Assembly: GCA_031316235.1 (NCBI GenBank)
Contig: JALDRA010000001.1
Coordinates: 270,001-302,000, forward strand
Source: Candidatus Scalindua sp.
Lineage (GTDB): Bacteria > Planctomycetota > Brocadiia > Brocadiales > Scalinduaceae
Direction: 5' to 3'
DNA: 32,000 nucleotides
The notes under the pieces are model-generated. The model ran no database searches. It saw only the letters and a program-made list of their open reading frames with translations, and had not been told where the DNA came from. This document shows positions 17,610 to 26,648 of this stretch, one piece after another. The first letter of the stretch is position 1, and each line of letters begins with the position of its first letter. The position numbers and the translations under genes were made by a program.

Positions 17610-18428
17610 CTACTCAACTATCTCTTTCTCTTTTACCAGAGGAACGAAACGCACAGGAATTGTTTTTTTTATATCTATTTCACCTTCATCGTTTTTTTCA
17701 ACGATTAGCAAATCCTGACCACGATAGGTATTATCAACCGGAATCACCAACCTTCCGCCATGTTTTAACTGATTGATCAATGCACCTGGAATTTTTTCTG
17801 CTGCTGCTGTTACAATAATCGCATCGAAGGGTGACTTGTCCGGCAACCCAATTGATCCGTCAGCCAGTTTCACATCCACATTATGATATCCAAGTCGTTT
17901 TAACCGCTCCGTTGCCTGGATTCCCAGTTCATCGATTATTTCAATGGTATACACCTTTTTTACAATAGTTGCCAGGACTGCGGCCTGGTACCCCGAACCA
18001 GTTCCAATCTCAAGAACAATATCATCACTATCGAGTTCCAGCATCTCAGTCATTAAAGCTACTATATAAGGTTGAGATATTGTTTGCCCTAGCCCTATTG
18101 GAAATGGTGCATCATGGTAACTGAACCCTCTTAAATCTTCGGGAATGAAAAGATGTCGAGGAACTGTCGCCATAGCCTCAAGCACCTTTTTATCTCTTAC
18201 TCCTCTGGCCGCTATCTGAGACTCTACCATCTTCCTTCTTTGTAAATCATACTCTTCCCCTGATTGTTCAACCACCTTTTTTGCAAAAACAAGTGAATTC
18301 ATTCCGGCACCATTTACAAAAGGCTGACAACGAAAAAGTACACAGAGAAACACTATAATAACGGATACCATAATCACCGGTTTCATTTTATTTAACACAT
18401 GTTGAAATGAGTCCAGGATGTTAATCAT
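17610..18428 (-). CDS. pcm: Protein-L-isoaspartate O-methyltransferase with an N-terminal signal/anchor sequence
   Basis: VPRHLFIPE, ISQPYIVALMTE and the SAM motif VLEIGTGSGYQAAVLA. The hydrophobic segment MKPVIMVSVIIVFLCVLF precedes the catalytic domain. The start is ambiguous: ATG at 18428 or 18386. The track start at 18533 seems too long. Confidence 0.85.
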   Translation of the reverse strand: MINILDSFQHVLNKMKPVIMVSVIIVFLCVLFRCQPFVNGAGMNSLVFAKKVVEQSGEEYDLQRRKMVESQIAARGVRDKKVLEAMATVPRHLFIPEDLRGFSYHDAPFPIGLGQTISQPYIVALMTEMLELDSDDIVLEIGTGSGYQAAVLATIVKKVYTIEIIDELGIQATERLKRLGYHNVDVKLADGSIGLPDKSPFDAIIVTAAAEKIPGALINQLKHGGRLVIPVDNTYRGQDLLIVEKNDEGEIDIKKTIPVRFVPLVKEKEIVE

Positions 18429-18630
18429 TTTACTTCTCACCCCCTGTTCATCAGAAACATTCAGGTTTTCTCCCTGAGTCCATAGCTTGTTATCACTTTG
18501 AGGGCGAAAACAATAAACAGATAATAAAAACACATATATTGTATGTCATGTATAGTGAAACTGTATTATTATAGCACGACAAAGAATAGTGTCAAGGAGA
18601 CCATAATCAATAAAACCACAGGCTTTAATC

Positions 18631-18659
18631 TTGAAGAAATCACTCATTACAATTATACT
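18631..18659 (+). promoter_or_regulatory. Sigma70-like promoter candidate upstream of the PIN-domain gene
   Basis: TTGAAG (18631-18636), 17-nt spacer, TATACT (18654-18659). It lies 58 nt upstream of the ATG at 18717. Confidence 0.35.
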
Positions 18660-18716
18660 TAGTCCTCATTAACCTGTACAATTCACTGAAATCTGCATTT
18701 CTTACAAAAATACAGC

Positions 18717-19331
18717 ATGGATAGAGCAAAAAAAAACAAAAAGAGAAAGAGTTTGAAAGAAGAAATATTTGTCATCGATACAAGCATCTTTACTAATAAG
18801 GAGGTAAGTAAGTCGTTTGGAAAGACACCGACAACCGCTTTAAGAAAATTTTTACGCCTGATTAATAAATTCGAAGGGCCTTATTTCTACATGCCGCCCT
18901 CTATTTACAGTGAACTCATGAATTTTATCGATGTTGAAAAAATACCAAAAGATCTCCAGATTAAAATCTTCCAGAAGCCGCCGAAAAAATACGAGATGAG
19001 TGTTCCATCCTTTTTGCTTTATGAGTTGATCGAAGATGTCCGTCTGCGCATTGATAAGGGTTTGAGAGTTGCAGAACAGGCTGTAAGGAACGTAATGACG
19101 AATACCGAACCCGAAAACATCACAAATCTACGGAAAAAATACCGCTCTGCATTACGGGAAGGTATCATTGACAGCACTGAAGATGTTGATCTGATCCTCC
19201 TGGCAAAGGAGCTCGATGGTATTCTGGTTACCGCCGATACGGGAATTATGACCTGGGCAGACAAACTGGGCATACGTTTCATTGAATCAAGAAACCTCCG
19301 GGGGATTCTTGACAGCTTAATCAAAATGTGA
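18717..19331 (+). CDS. PIN-domain protein of the 'RNA ligase partner' (MJ_0950-like) family
   Basis: PIN acidic residues in IFVIDTSIF (D21), [18 protein letters not shown] and LVTADTGI. It is adjacent to, and its 3' end overlaps, a Pab1020-type RNA ligase gene. Confidence 0.7.
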   Translation: MDRAKKNKKRKSLKEEIFVIDTSIFTNKEVSKSFGKTPTTALRKFLRLINKFEGPYFYMPPSIYSELMNFIDVEKIPKDLQIKIFQKPPKKYEMSVPSFLLYELIEDVRLRIDKGLRVAEQAVRNVMTNTEPENITNLRKKYRSALREGIIDSTEDVDLILLAKELDGILVTADTGIMTWADKLGIRFIESRNLRGILDSLIKM

Positions 19332-20453
19332 AAGACCTTCCCAGTATTTCCGGATAATTTCGTACGTAGGATAACATCTCCTCTCAAATTTTACATGCCA
19401 ATAGTTCCCTATCTTTCTCTGGTTGATTAATACCGCATTTACGCTGCATTTATGAAAATGATCGAACAGCTTCTGTATGCTTTTCTCATGAATGAGCCTT
19501 ACATGAAACTCTTCAGCAACCATTTCTCCAGAGATCGCTTTCTTTGCACTCTCAAATAGTGGGAGTAACAGAGATTCCCCGGTCTTCTGCATGATAGTTT
19601 TATCAAGCGGGAGCTCATTGTCCAGAAGGTAAAAAATTACTCTGAATAGCCTCTGGGTAAAAAACTCTGCCGGAATTTCCAACATCAAACCAGAAGTTAC
19701 TCTCATGTCACGGTAACACGAACCTGCTGTAACGTATTTTACCATTTTTTCATCCGGACTCACCGGCTTTAACACAACGCCTTCACACCCTCTGTCATTA
19801 AGCTCTTTCAGGACTCTTTTTATCCTTCCTATATCTGAGTTAGTGTGTCTTCCAAAGCAGGTTACCGTGGGTATCTTATACCTGTCGAACAATCTGTACT
19901 TCTCTTCTGTCGGGACGTGTTTGTCCGTATTTTTCGTTCTTATGTCGAATGCGAAGAACTTAACGTCCTCCTTTACATAGGAAGGATATCCTCTATTATA
20001 GGGGTTTTCGGGACCAGCTATTTCCCCACACACTATCAAATGCGGATTATCGCTGAAAAATTCTTCACTGTTAAAGAAATCTCCTACTCTATCGGTAGTA
20101 AATGGACAGACATAACTTCCTCGTGTGAAGGCGAACACATTACCCCCTATCTCAGCAACTCTTACGTTGTAGCCATCCACCTTTTCCTCAATATAAAAGG
20201 GTCTGTTAAAAGCTGCTTTTATACCACTTTCTAACCGCATAATTCTTGCTATCTGTGGAAAATGGAAAATGATATCGGACTCGTTAACGACCGAACCTTT
20301 CTCTAGTTGTCCAACTTTTTTGACAAATCGATAATAGGTAAAACCATCGAACTCATCAGCAACTACCTTGTGGTTATCCAGTGCTTCTCTCCACTGATCT
20401 TCTGTTATATTAACCTTTGAGAGTGTTTCCAGAATCCCTGACATTTTATTCAC
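19317..20453 (-). CDS. ATP-dependent RNA ligase, Pab1020/Rnl3-like (archaeal type)
   Basis: Nucleotidyltransferase motif [12 protein letters not shown] (Lys91), motif III-like [13 protein letters not shown], motif [10 protein letters not shown], motif V MVKYVT. Length is 378 aa. Confidence 0.8.
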   Translation of the reverse strand: MNKMSGILETLSKVNITEDQWREALDNHKVVADEFDGFTYYRFVKKVGQLEKGSVVNESDIIFHFPQIARIMRLESGIKAAFNRPFYIEEKVDGYNVRVAEIGGNVFAFTRGSYVCPFTTDRVGDFFNSEEFFSDNPHLIVCGEIAGPENPYNRGYPSYVKEDVKFFAFDIRTKNTDKHVPTEEKYRLFDRYKIPTVTCFGRHTNSDIGRIKRVLKELNDRGCEGVVLKPVSPDEKMVKYVTAGSCYRDMRVTSGLMLEIPAEFFTQRLFRVIFYLLDNELPLDKTIMQKTGESLLLPLFESAKKAISGEMVAEEFHVRLIHEKSIQKLFDHFHKCSVNAVLINQRKIGNYWHVKFERRCYPTYEIIRKYWEGLSHFD

Positions 20454-20640
20454 CCGATGAAATTCTTTATCGTTTAAGGTTCTCCGTTGATTATGTTACA
20501 GGGGAAATTTTATACCATTATCCCTTTCGCATGAATCATTACATTGCCATATCCCGCAAATTCTCCTGAAGCAAAAGCAGCAGGATAGCATGATTATTGC
20601 TTCAACGATCAATAGGGAATGCATTTGCTGAATCATAAAG

Positions 20641-20904
20641 TCACACACGTGTTAAATCAAGAGGAAAACATATCGGTAGAAATCGATCTTGGTCTTTGAT
20701 CTCCCACAAATAGAGTCCATGTCGATTGCACATTTTCGGGTTCTTTTCATGGAGATCCGACAAATCCCGAAAAAACCATTTCTGCAGCAGTAAATAGAGC
20801 GTATAATGACAGGGAAATGCGGATACGAAGCGGGGTCTACCCTGAATCACTCTCAATATCCAGGCATCTGCACATTGTCCGTAATTCGGATGAAGGCAAT
20901 TTAA
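20641..20904 (-). pseudogene. N-terminally truncated transglutaminase-like (Cys-His-Asp core) fragment
   Basis: The open frame reads ...NYGQCADAWILRVIQGRPRFVSAF..CHYTLYLLLQKWFFRDLSD. This resembles the transglutaminase core pattern GxCxDxA...GxPxRxVSxY...HxW...W..FD. The putative catalytic Cys lies upstream of every possible start codon (first TTG at 20856). An in-frame stop lies at 20905-20907. Confidence 0.35.
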
Positions 20905-21046
20905 CTATCGGTCAATAAGAAGATCTCTCCCCTTCTCTGCAGAACAGTTTAAATATTATTTCTTATTGTCTGCTCCCCCTATTTATGGTAAGGTGTGCAG
21001 TTAGATTTGAGAAGCACATTCAGGACAAATTATCACTGTATCTAAC

Positions 21047-21289
21047 ATGACAGGAAAATTAGAAAAAAAAAGATCCATATGCAATAATTGCCATAACCAG
21101 CACGGCTGTTTGACAGAGGAACCTTTATGCTTGCTGGTGGAACGAAAGAAATCAGAAATTTCTCTTTCCGGAAAAGATCTTATGAAAAAGAGAGGTCGTC
21201 TCAGAGAGTGTCGGAAATGTGCTCATTTCAATTTATGCTGGGCTCAGGAAACCTATAAGTTGGCTATACGAAAACTGAAATCGAGATAG
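21047..21289 (+). CDS. Hypothetical Cys-rich small basic protein (80 aa)
   Basis: ATG start. It has 7 Cys, including CNNCHNQHGC, PLC and CRKCAHFNLC. No signal peptide and no recognisable family. Confidence 0.35.
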   Translation: MTGKLEKKRSICNNCHNQHGCLTEEPLCLLVERKKSEISLSGKDLMKKRGRLRECRKCAHFNLCWAQETYKLAIRKLKSR

Positions 21290-21415
21290 ATCGTTTCACA
21301 GACCACCACACTTTTCGAGATTGTATCACGGCTACCTGTGCATACCGTAATCTGATTCACAAACCCCTGCAACCCGTTACCTGCTTGTGCCACGCATTAC
21401 CATACAAACAAATTA

Positions 21416-21444
21416 TTGACGATATGGTATTTATATCATATAAC
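21416..21444 (+). promoter_or_regulatory. Sigma70-like promoter candidate upstream of glgP
   Basis: TTGACG (21416-21421), 17-nt spacer, TATAAC (21439-21444). It lies about 80 nt upstream of the ATG at 21523. Confidence 0.4.
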
Positions 21445-21522
21445 TTACATCTTTATTGTAAAGGCTTCAGATCTGTTTGTCTGAGATAATTTATTAAGAA
21501 AATCAAAACTTTGGAGTACCTA

Positions 21523-24069
21523 ATGAACAGAGAAATCACACATAATGACCTTTCAAACAATAATTCTCCCTCAGCTGATTCCCTTAAGAAAGATGTCGAA
21601 TATCATATTAAAAATACACTGGGGCTTGGCTTAAGGGGTGTTACCACAGTCCATAAAGCGTTACAACAGAAACTTTTTCTCCACCTCTATAAAGCATTAG
21701 CGCTCGCCTTACGGGACAAAATCATGGATAAATGGATCGCCACAAACAGGACATATAAAGAAATAGACGCAAAACAGCTTTATTATCTCTCCGCAGAATA
21801 TTTACCTGGCAGGTTTCTTGGAAACAACGTGATAAATCTGGGGGCGCAGGGCGAGGTTGAAGCTCTTTTGAAAACTCTTGATTTAAACTTCAATGAATTA
21901 GAGAACAGGGAAATGGACGCTGGACTTGGTAACGGGGGTTTAGGCCGTTTAGCAGCATGTTTCCTGGATTCGATTGCCACCTTGGAACTACCCGGCCATG
22001 GATACGGTCTGCGTTACGATTACGGAATTTTTCGTCAGGAAATTCTCGATGGATACCAGATTGAGCACCCGGACCAGTGGCTTCAGCATGGAAACCCATG
22101 GGAAATTCAGCGAGAAGAGGATGCCGTAACCGTTACGTTTGGAGGGCTCATAAAAAGAGAGAAAAACTTAACGAATAAACAAAAGAGCGAAATTGTGGAT
22201 GGTGAAACGGTTTCTACAATGCCTTTTGATACCCCTGTTGTCGGCTTTGGCAACAATACCGTTAATACCTTAAGGTTATGGAGCACATCTGTTCCTGATT
22301 ACGAACAGTTTGATATTCAGGCGTTCGATCAGGGTGATTATGGAGAGGCCTTAAAAAATGTTCTTTGCCATGACGACCTGACAATGGTTTCCATTCTCTA
22401 TCCAAATGACAACCACGATTCAGGAAAACGACTGCGTTTAAAACAACAATATATTCTTGTATCAGCCAGTATCCAGGATATTATCAGGACATATAAAAAA
22501 AACCATTCGTCTTTTGACCTTTTCCACAAAAAAGTAGCTATTCAGATCAACGACACGCATCCATCCCTGGTGATCACAGAACTGATGAGGATCCTGGTAG
22601 ACCAGGAAGAAATTGACTGGGACCGGGCCTGGGACATCACCGTCAAGGCCTGCGCTTACACCAACCACACTGTCCTGAGTGAGGCGTTAGAACAATGGGA
22701 TGTAAGTATGATGAAGAAGATTCTTCCAAGGAATTTTGAGATTGTTCAAATCATCAACCATGACTTCTGTGTATTTGTAGGGAAACAATACTCAGGAGAC
22801 ATGGACCGTGTCCGTCGTGTTTCTATCGTGGAAGATGGAAAGGTGAAAATGGCGCATCTGGCTATCGTAGGCAGTCATTCGATCAACGGAGTAGCCAAAC
22901 TGCATACCCAGATTCTGAAAGAAGAAACACTGCGCGATTTTTACGAGATCTTTCCCGAAAAATTTAATTGTAAGACTAACGGTATTACTCCACGAAGATG
23001 GTTACTGAAATCCAACCCCGAACTCGCCAGTCTGATTACAGACAGAATCGGCAGCGGATGGATAACTGATCTGTCAGAACTTGAAAAACTGGAAAAGTAT
23101 GCAGATGATACCGGCTTCCTGAACAAGATCATGGAAATCAAGCTTCGGAACAAAGAGCGGTTAAAGGACTACGTATACAGACAAAATCCAGTCAAGGACG
23201 AAAAGGGTAAAATTGTTGAAAAGATAGAAGTCAACCAGGATTCAATATTTGATGTTCATGCCAAGAGACTGCATGAGTACAAAAGACAATTAATGAATGC
23301 CCTCCATATTCTCATGTTATATAATGAATTAAAAGGAAATCCCGACAAAGTAATCATACCGAGAACATTCTTTTTTGCAGCAAAGTCTGCCCCGGGATAT
23401 GAAATGGCAAAAACTATTATAAAATTTATCAACATCCTCGCACGAGTTATCAATAACGATCGAGACGTTAAGGGTATGATTACCGTCGTGTTTCTGGAAA
23501 ACTATAATGTATCGCTGGCAGAGATACTTCTGACGGCAGCTGATGTGAGTGAACAGATATCCACCGCAGGGCTTGAAGCTTCAGGGACAGGAAATATGAA
23601 GCTTGCCTTAAACGGAGCACTCACAATCGGAACGATGGATGGGGCAAATGTTGAAATGGCTGAAGAGATAGGAGAGGAAAATATGTTCATATTCGGGCTG
23701 AGAAGAGATGAGGTCAGACACTTAAAAGAAAACGGATATAATCCCGGTGAAGAATGTAACAAATCAGGAGCTATCAAGAGAATCATCAACCAATTGTATT
23801 CAGAAGAATTGACTCATGTTCCGAAAGAAAGACAAATCCTCAAACGGATCGCAGATTCATTAATGCATGAGGATAAACATTTCATTCTCAAGGATTTAAT
23901 ACCCTATAAAGAGGCTCAGGATAAAGTATCAGAATTATATCGGGATAAAATTTCCTGGGCAAAAAAAGCCTTACTTAATATCGCAAGGTCGGGTAAATTC
24001 TCAAGTGATAGAACTATCAGAGAGTACAGTGATGAAATCTGGCATTTAAGTAAGATACCGATTAAATAA
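21523..24069 (+). CDS. glgP: Glycogen/maltodextrin phosphorylase
   Basis: GLGNGGLGRLAACFLDS, RLWS, and the PLP-Lys region EASGTGNMKLALNGALTIGTMDGANVE. The track start at 21511 is TTG. The ATG at 21523 has GGAG with a 6-nt spacer. Confidence 0.95.
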   Translation: MNREITHNDLSNNNSPSADSLKKDVEYHIKNTLGLGLRGVTTVHKALQQKLFLHLYKALALALRDKIMDKWIATNRTYKEIDAKQLYYLSAEYLPGRFLGNNVINLGAQGEVEALLKTLDLNFNELENREMDAGLGNGGLGRLAACFLDSIATLELPGHGYGLRYDYGIFRQEILDGYQIEHPDQWLQHGNPWEIQREEDAVTVTFGGLIKREKNLTNKQKSEIVDGETVSTMPFDTPVVGFGNNTVNTLRLWSTSVPDYEQFDIQAFDQGDYGEALKNVLCHDDLTMVSILYPNDNHDSGKRLRLKQQYILVSASIQDIIRTYKKNHSSFDLFHKKVAIQINDTHPSLVITELMRILVDQEEIDWDRAWDITVKACAYTNHTVLSEALEQWDVSMMKKILPRNFEIVQIINHDFCVFVGKQYSGDMDRVRRVSIVEDGKVKMAHLAIVGSHSINGVAKLHTQILKEETLRDFYEIFPEKFNCKTNGITPRRWLLKSNPELASLITDRIGSGWITDLSELEKLEKYADDTGFLNKIMEIKLRNKERLKDYVYRQNPVKDEKGKIVEKIEVNQDSIFDVHAKRLHEYKRQLMNALHILMLYNELKGNPDKVIIPRTFFFAAKSAPGYEMAKTIIKFINILARVINNDRDVKGMITVVFLENYNVSLAEILLTAADVSEQISTAGLEASGTGNMKLALNGALTIGTMDGANVEMAEEIGEENMFIFGLRRDEVRHLKENGYNPGEECNKSGAIKRIINQLYSEELTHVPKERQILKRIADSLMHEDKHFILKDLIPYKEAQDKVSELYRDKISWAKKALLNIARSGKFSSDRTIREYSDEIWHLSKIPIK

Positions 24070-24119
24070 AATTAATTTGACTGATAAAACACCTGCCCAA
24101 TAAGCATGAGGAAGCCGCA

Positions 24120-24147
24120 GCAGCTGTGCCGATATGGCAACAGCTGC
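24120..24147 (+). terminator. Hairpin downstream of glgP (weak intrinsic terminator candidate)
   Basis: gcagctgtgcc-gatat-ggcaacagctgc: an 11-bp stem with one bulged A and a 5-nt loop, 51 nt after the stop codon. It is followed by a T/C-rich tract, not a clean T-run. Confidence 0.3.
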
Positions 24148-24472
24148 ATGCGTCTTCTCTTCTCTCAGCTTTCAAATCCACTCTCTTCTTTACAGTCCTG
24201 TCCTGTTTCCTTTTTCTCTCATGTTCCGTGAGTTCTCTGGAAAGGAAATGACAAGATCAGAGAAGAAACCTGATAGTAAGCTGTAGTGCTGCAGTCACTT
24301 GTCCGCCTTTGGAATACCAGAAATATTTTCTTAAGACTCTTTAAGCAAGATTCTGGTAATAACAAAAGTCTCTTGCCGTGATTTCCTCTTTGAGTTACAT
24401 GATGTGGAATGCTTAATAGTGTGCTCGTGCAATTCGAGGCATAAAAGGATTTTATGTTTCTGTATTCTCTTG

Positions 24473-24611
24473 TATACTCATCTCATACTGGATTTCGGAT
24501 ACAATCCGAGATAAAATTGAGCGAGTAAAGTCCTCGGCGCTTTTTGTCCGGGGATACCTTCACCAGGATTTGGTTTCCAGTAAAACCGAAAACCAATTCG
24601 GTTTTAATATA
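24473..24611 (-). repeat. Two-hairpin dispersed repeat, copy 4 (long form, 139 bp, inverted)
   Basis: The reverse complement differs from copy 5 at only 4 positions, all in the left hairpin unit. It carries the same 27-nt internal insertion. Confidence 0.9.
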
Positions 24612-24717
24612 TCAATTTTATGGGTTTCTGTTTTCTGATTAATTGTTTCATTATTAAACATTCTTTGTCAAAATCCTGAAATTTTCGATTCAACCTGATA
24701 TTTTTCAAAAAATAATG

Positions 24718-24746
24718 TTGACTTATGGTAATAATTTCACTAGCAT
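24718..24746 (+). promoter_or_regulatory. Sigma70-like promoter candidate
   Basis: TTGACT (24718-24723), 17-nt spacer, TAGCAT (24741-24746). It lies upstream of the ORF starting at 24795. Confidence 0.3.
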
Positions 24747-24794
24747 CATTGAGACTCAAAAAAGCAATTCTTTATCAATTAATTTTTTTACCCT

Positions 24795-25214
24795 TTGGCA
24801 AAAAAAAACTATTACACATTAATGGTTAACCAATTCTATCAATCAATTCTTTCATTAATTCTTATATGTAGTACTCTCTGCTCTTTCGGATTTGGAGAGC
24901 CTTGTACCTATGAGACTCAGTCAAAACATCAGCAAGCTGGGACTTCGATTGATTCACATAAGGATAGCTTTTCAAGTGGTATTATTGGTGATTACCGTGA
25001 TCATCTGAAATACCCTTTCACACCTTTTCAGGTTGAAAATTGGGAGGAGGGAGAAGATCCTGAAAAGAAACAAAGGATTCTTCTGGGATATTATTCCAAC
25101 GGAGATCAATTAACACATCAGATAAATGTGCTGCCGCTCCCGTCTGTCCCCTTATCGATTTGTGACCTTTACCATCCTGCCTACTACCTTCTATTTGAAG
25201 TATTCTTACTTTGA
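24795..25214 (+). CDS. Hypothetical secreted protein (139 aa)
   Basis: The TTG start gives a basic n-region (AKKN) followed by the hydrophobic core ILSLILICSTLCSF. An alternative ATG lies at 24822. No recognisable domain, so coding status is uncertain. Confidence 0.35.
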   Translation: MAKKNYYTLMVNQFYQSILSLILICSTLCSFGFGEPCTYETQSKHQQAGTSIDSHKDSFSSGIIGDYRDHLKYPFTPFQVENWEEGEDPEKKQRILLGYYSNGDQLTHQINVLPLPSVPLSICDLYHPAYYLLFEVFLL

Positions 25215-25421
25215 TTCCTTCTGCATAAGGAGCCTTTTGTTCAACCAATCTGCGCTGCTGCCTAAAGCACTTCATCAGTGTGTGGACGCATTGGTGATGT
25301 AAGCAGGTTTACAAGTTGAGGCTCTATCTATACCCTTTCTGCTGACCATCTCAGCTGAAAATATATCTGTTACAATTTTCTCATTTGTTTATAACAAGCA
25401 TTTAAAATGTGTGGAGCATTG

Positions 25422-26507
25422 ATGAAAAGACATTTCATACTCGTAAGCCTGATTGCCCTGTTATTCCATGCAGGCTGTGAAACAGAACACAGAGAACATA
25501 AAAAAGAGGATGTCAAATTTCTGGTTACCTGCCCGACGAGAAAAGACACTTCCATTACCAGGGATTACGTATGTCAAATCCATGCCATACAACATATTGA
25601 AATAAGAGCACTTGAAGGAGGCTACTTAGAGAAGACTTTTGTTGATGAAGGGCAGCTGGTAGAGAAAGGGCAGCTTATATTTCAGATCATGCCCGTCATA
25701 TACCAGGCCGAATTTGAGAAAGCACAGGCCGAAGCAGAAGGGGCAAAAATTGAATACTTAAATACCAAGTCGCTTGCGGACAACAATGTAGTATCTCCTA
25801 ATGAGTTGGCAATGAGTAAGGCCAGATTCGATAAAGCGAAGGCTGAAATGGACCTGGCCCAGGCACACTTGAGGTTTGCGGAGATCAGAGCTCCCTTTGA
25901 TGGTTTGATGGGCCGCTTCCAGGTAAGGCTTGGAAGCCTTTTGGAAGAAGGCGAACTGCTCACCACTTTGTCGGACAACAGTGAAATGTGGGTGTATTTC
26001 AATGTGCCGGAAGCGGAATATTTAGATTACAAAACAAGGAAAAAAAACGACAGCCCGGTAGAAGTCAAGTTACAAATGGCAAATAATCAGCTTTTTGAAC
26101 ACCCAGGAGTAGTTACCGCCATTGAAGCCGACTTTAACAACGAAACAGGCAATATTGCTTTCAGGGCAACATTTCCCAACCCGGAAGGACTGTTAAGGCA
26201 TGGGGAAACAGGTAATATCCTAATGACCAAAGCTCTCAAAAATGCACTGCTGATCCCGCAGAAAGTCACTTTTGAGATCATGGACAAGAAATACGTTTTT
26301 GTCATAGATGAAAACAATGTGGTAAGACCAAGACAAATTACTATAGGTGAAGAAATGACGCACATCTATGTGATAAAAGAAGGTTTGACTGAAAGCGATA
26401 AGATACTATTACAAGGTCTGCGCAAAGTAAGAGATAAGGATGTAATAACCTATGAATTTCAGGAGCCCGATTCGGTAATGGCTCACCTGGAATTATATGC
26501 AGAATAA
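25422..26507 (+). CDS. RND efflux periplasmic adaptor (membrane fusion protein, AcrA/MexA-like) lipoprotein
   Basis: Lipobox FHAGC. Also a biotinyl/lipoyl-like hairpin (GYLEKTFVDEGQLVEKGQLIFQI), a coiled-coil hairpin, and IRAPFDGLMG. The ATG at 25422 has GGAG with a 5-nt spacer. The track start is 25407. Confidence 0.9.
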   Translation: MKRHFILVSLIALLFHAGCETEHREHKKEDVKFLVTCPTRKDTSITRDYVCQIHAIQHIEIRALEGGYLEKTFVDEGQLVEKGQLIFQIMPVIYQAEFEKAQAEAEGAKIEYLNTKSLADNNVVSPNELAMSKARFDKAKAEMDLAQAHLRFAEIRAPFDGLMGRFQVRLGSLLEEGELLTTLSDNSEMWVYFNVPEAEYLDYKTRKKNDSPVEVKLQMANNQLFEHPGVVTAIEADFNNETGNIAFRATFPNPEGLLRHGETGNILMTKALKNALLIPQKVTFEIMDKKYVFVIDENNVVRPRQITIGEEMTHIYVIKEGLTESDKILLQGLRKVRDKDVITYEFQEPDSVMAHLELYAE

Positions 26508-26509
26508 TG

Positions 26510-26648
26510 TATACTAAAACCGATTTGGTTTTCGGTTTTACCGGAAACCAAGTCCTGGTGAAGGTATCCCCGGACAAAAAGCGCCGAGGACTTTACTCGC
26601 TCAATTTTATCTCGGATTGTATCCGAAATCCAGTATGAGATGAGTATA
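26510..26648 (+). repeat. Two-hairpin dispersed repeat, copy 5 (long form, 139 bp) inside the efflux operon
   Basis: It starts 3 nt after the MFP stop codon and ends 28 nt before the RND pump ATG. The 27-nt insertion ccccggacaaaaagcgccgaggacttt (26568-26594) is relative to the short form. Confidence 0.9.

Noticed and set aside
19019-19387. 122-aa minus-strand ORF antisense to the PIN-domain gene
   Set aside because: It is a shadow of the well-supported PIN reading frame. The translation is Arg/Ser-rich, which is typical of antisense frames.
21047-21289. CNNCH in the 80-aa ORF as a haem-c attachment site
   Set aside because: There is no signal peptide or anchor for export to the haem-maturation machinery. 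The motif is more likely part of a metal-binding Cys cluster, or fortuitous.
4333-26648. Could the repeated ~110-140 bp elements be a CRISPR array or integron attC sites?
   Set aside because: The copies are kilobases apart, in mixed orientation and much longer than CRISPR repeats. No cas or intI gene is present, and the GTTRRRY/RYYYAAC core sites of attC are absent.
24473-26648. Inverted copies 4 and 5 as the ends of a composite transposon carrying the MFP gene
   Set aside because: No transposase lies between them. The MFP gene belongs functionally with the RND and OMF genes outside the bracket. Independent intergenic insertions are more parsimonious.
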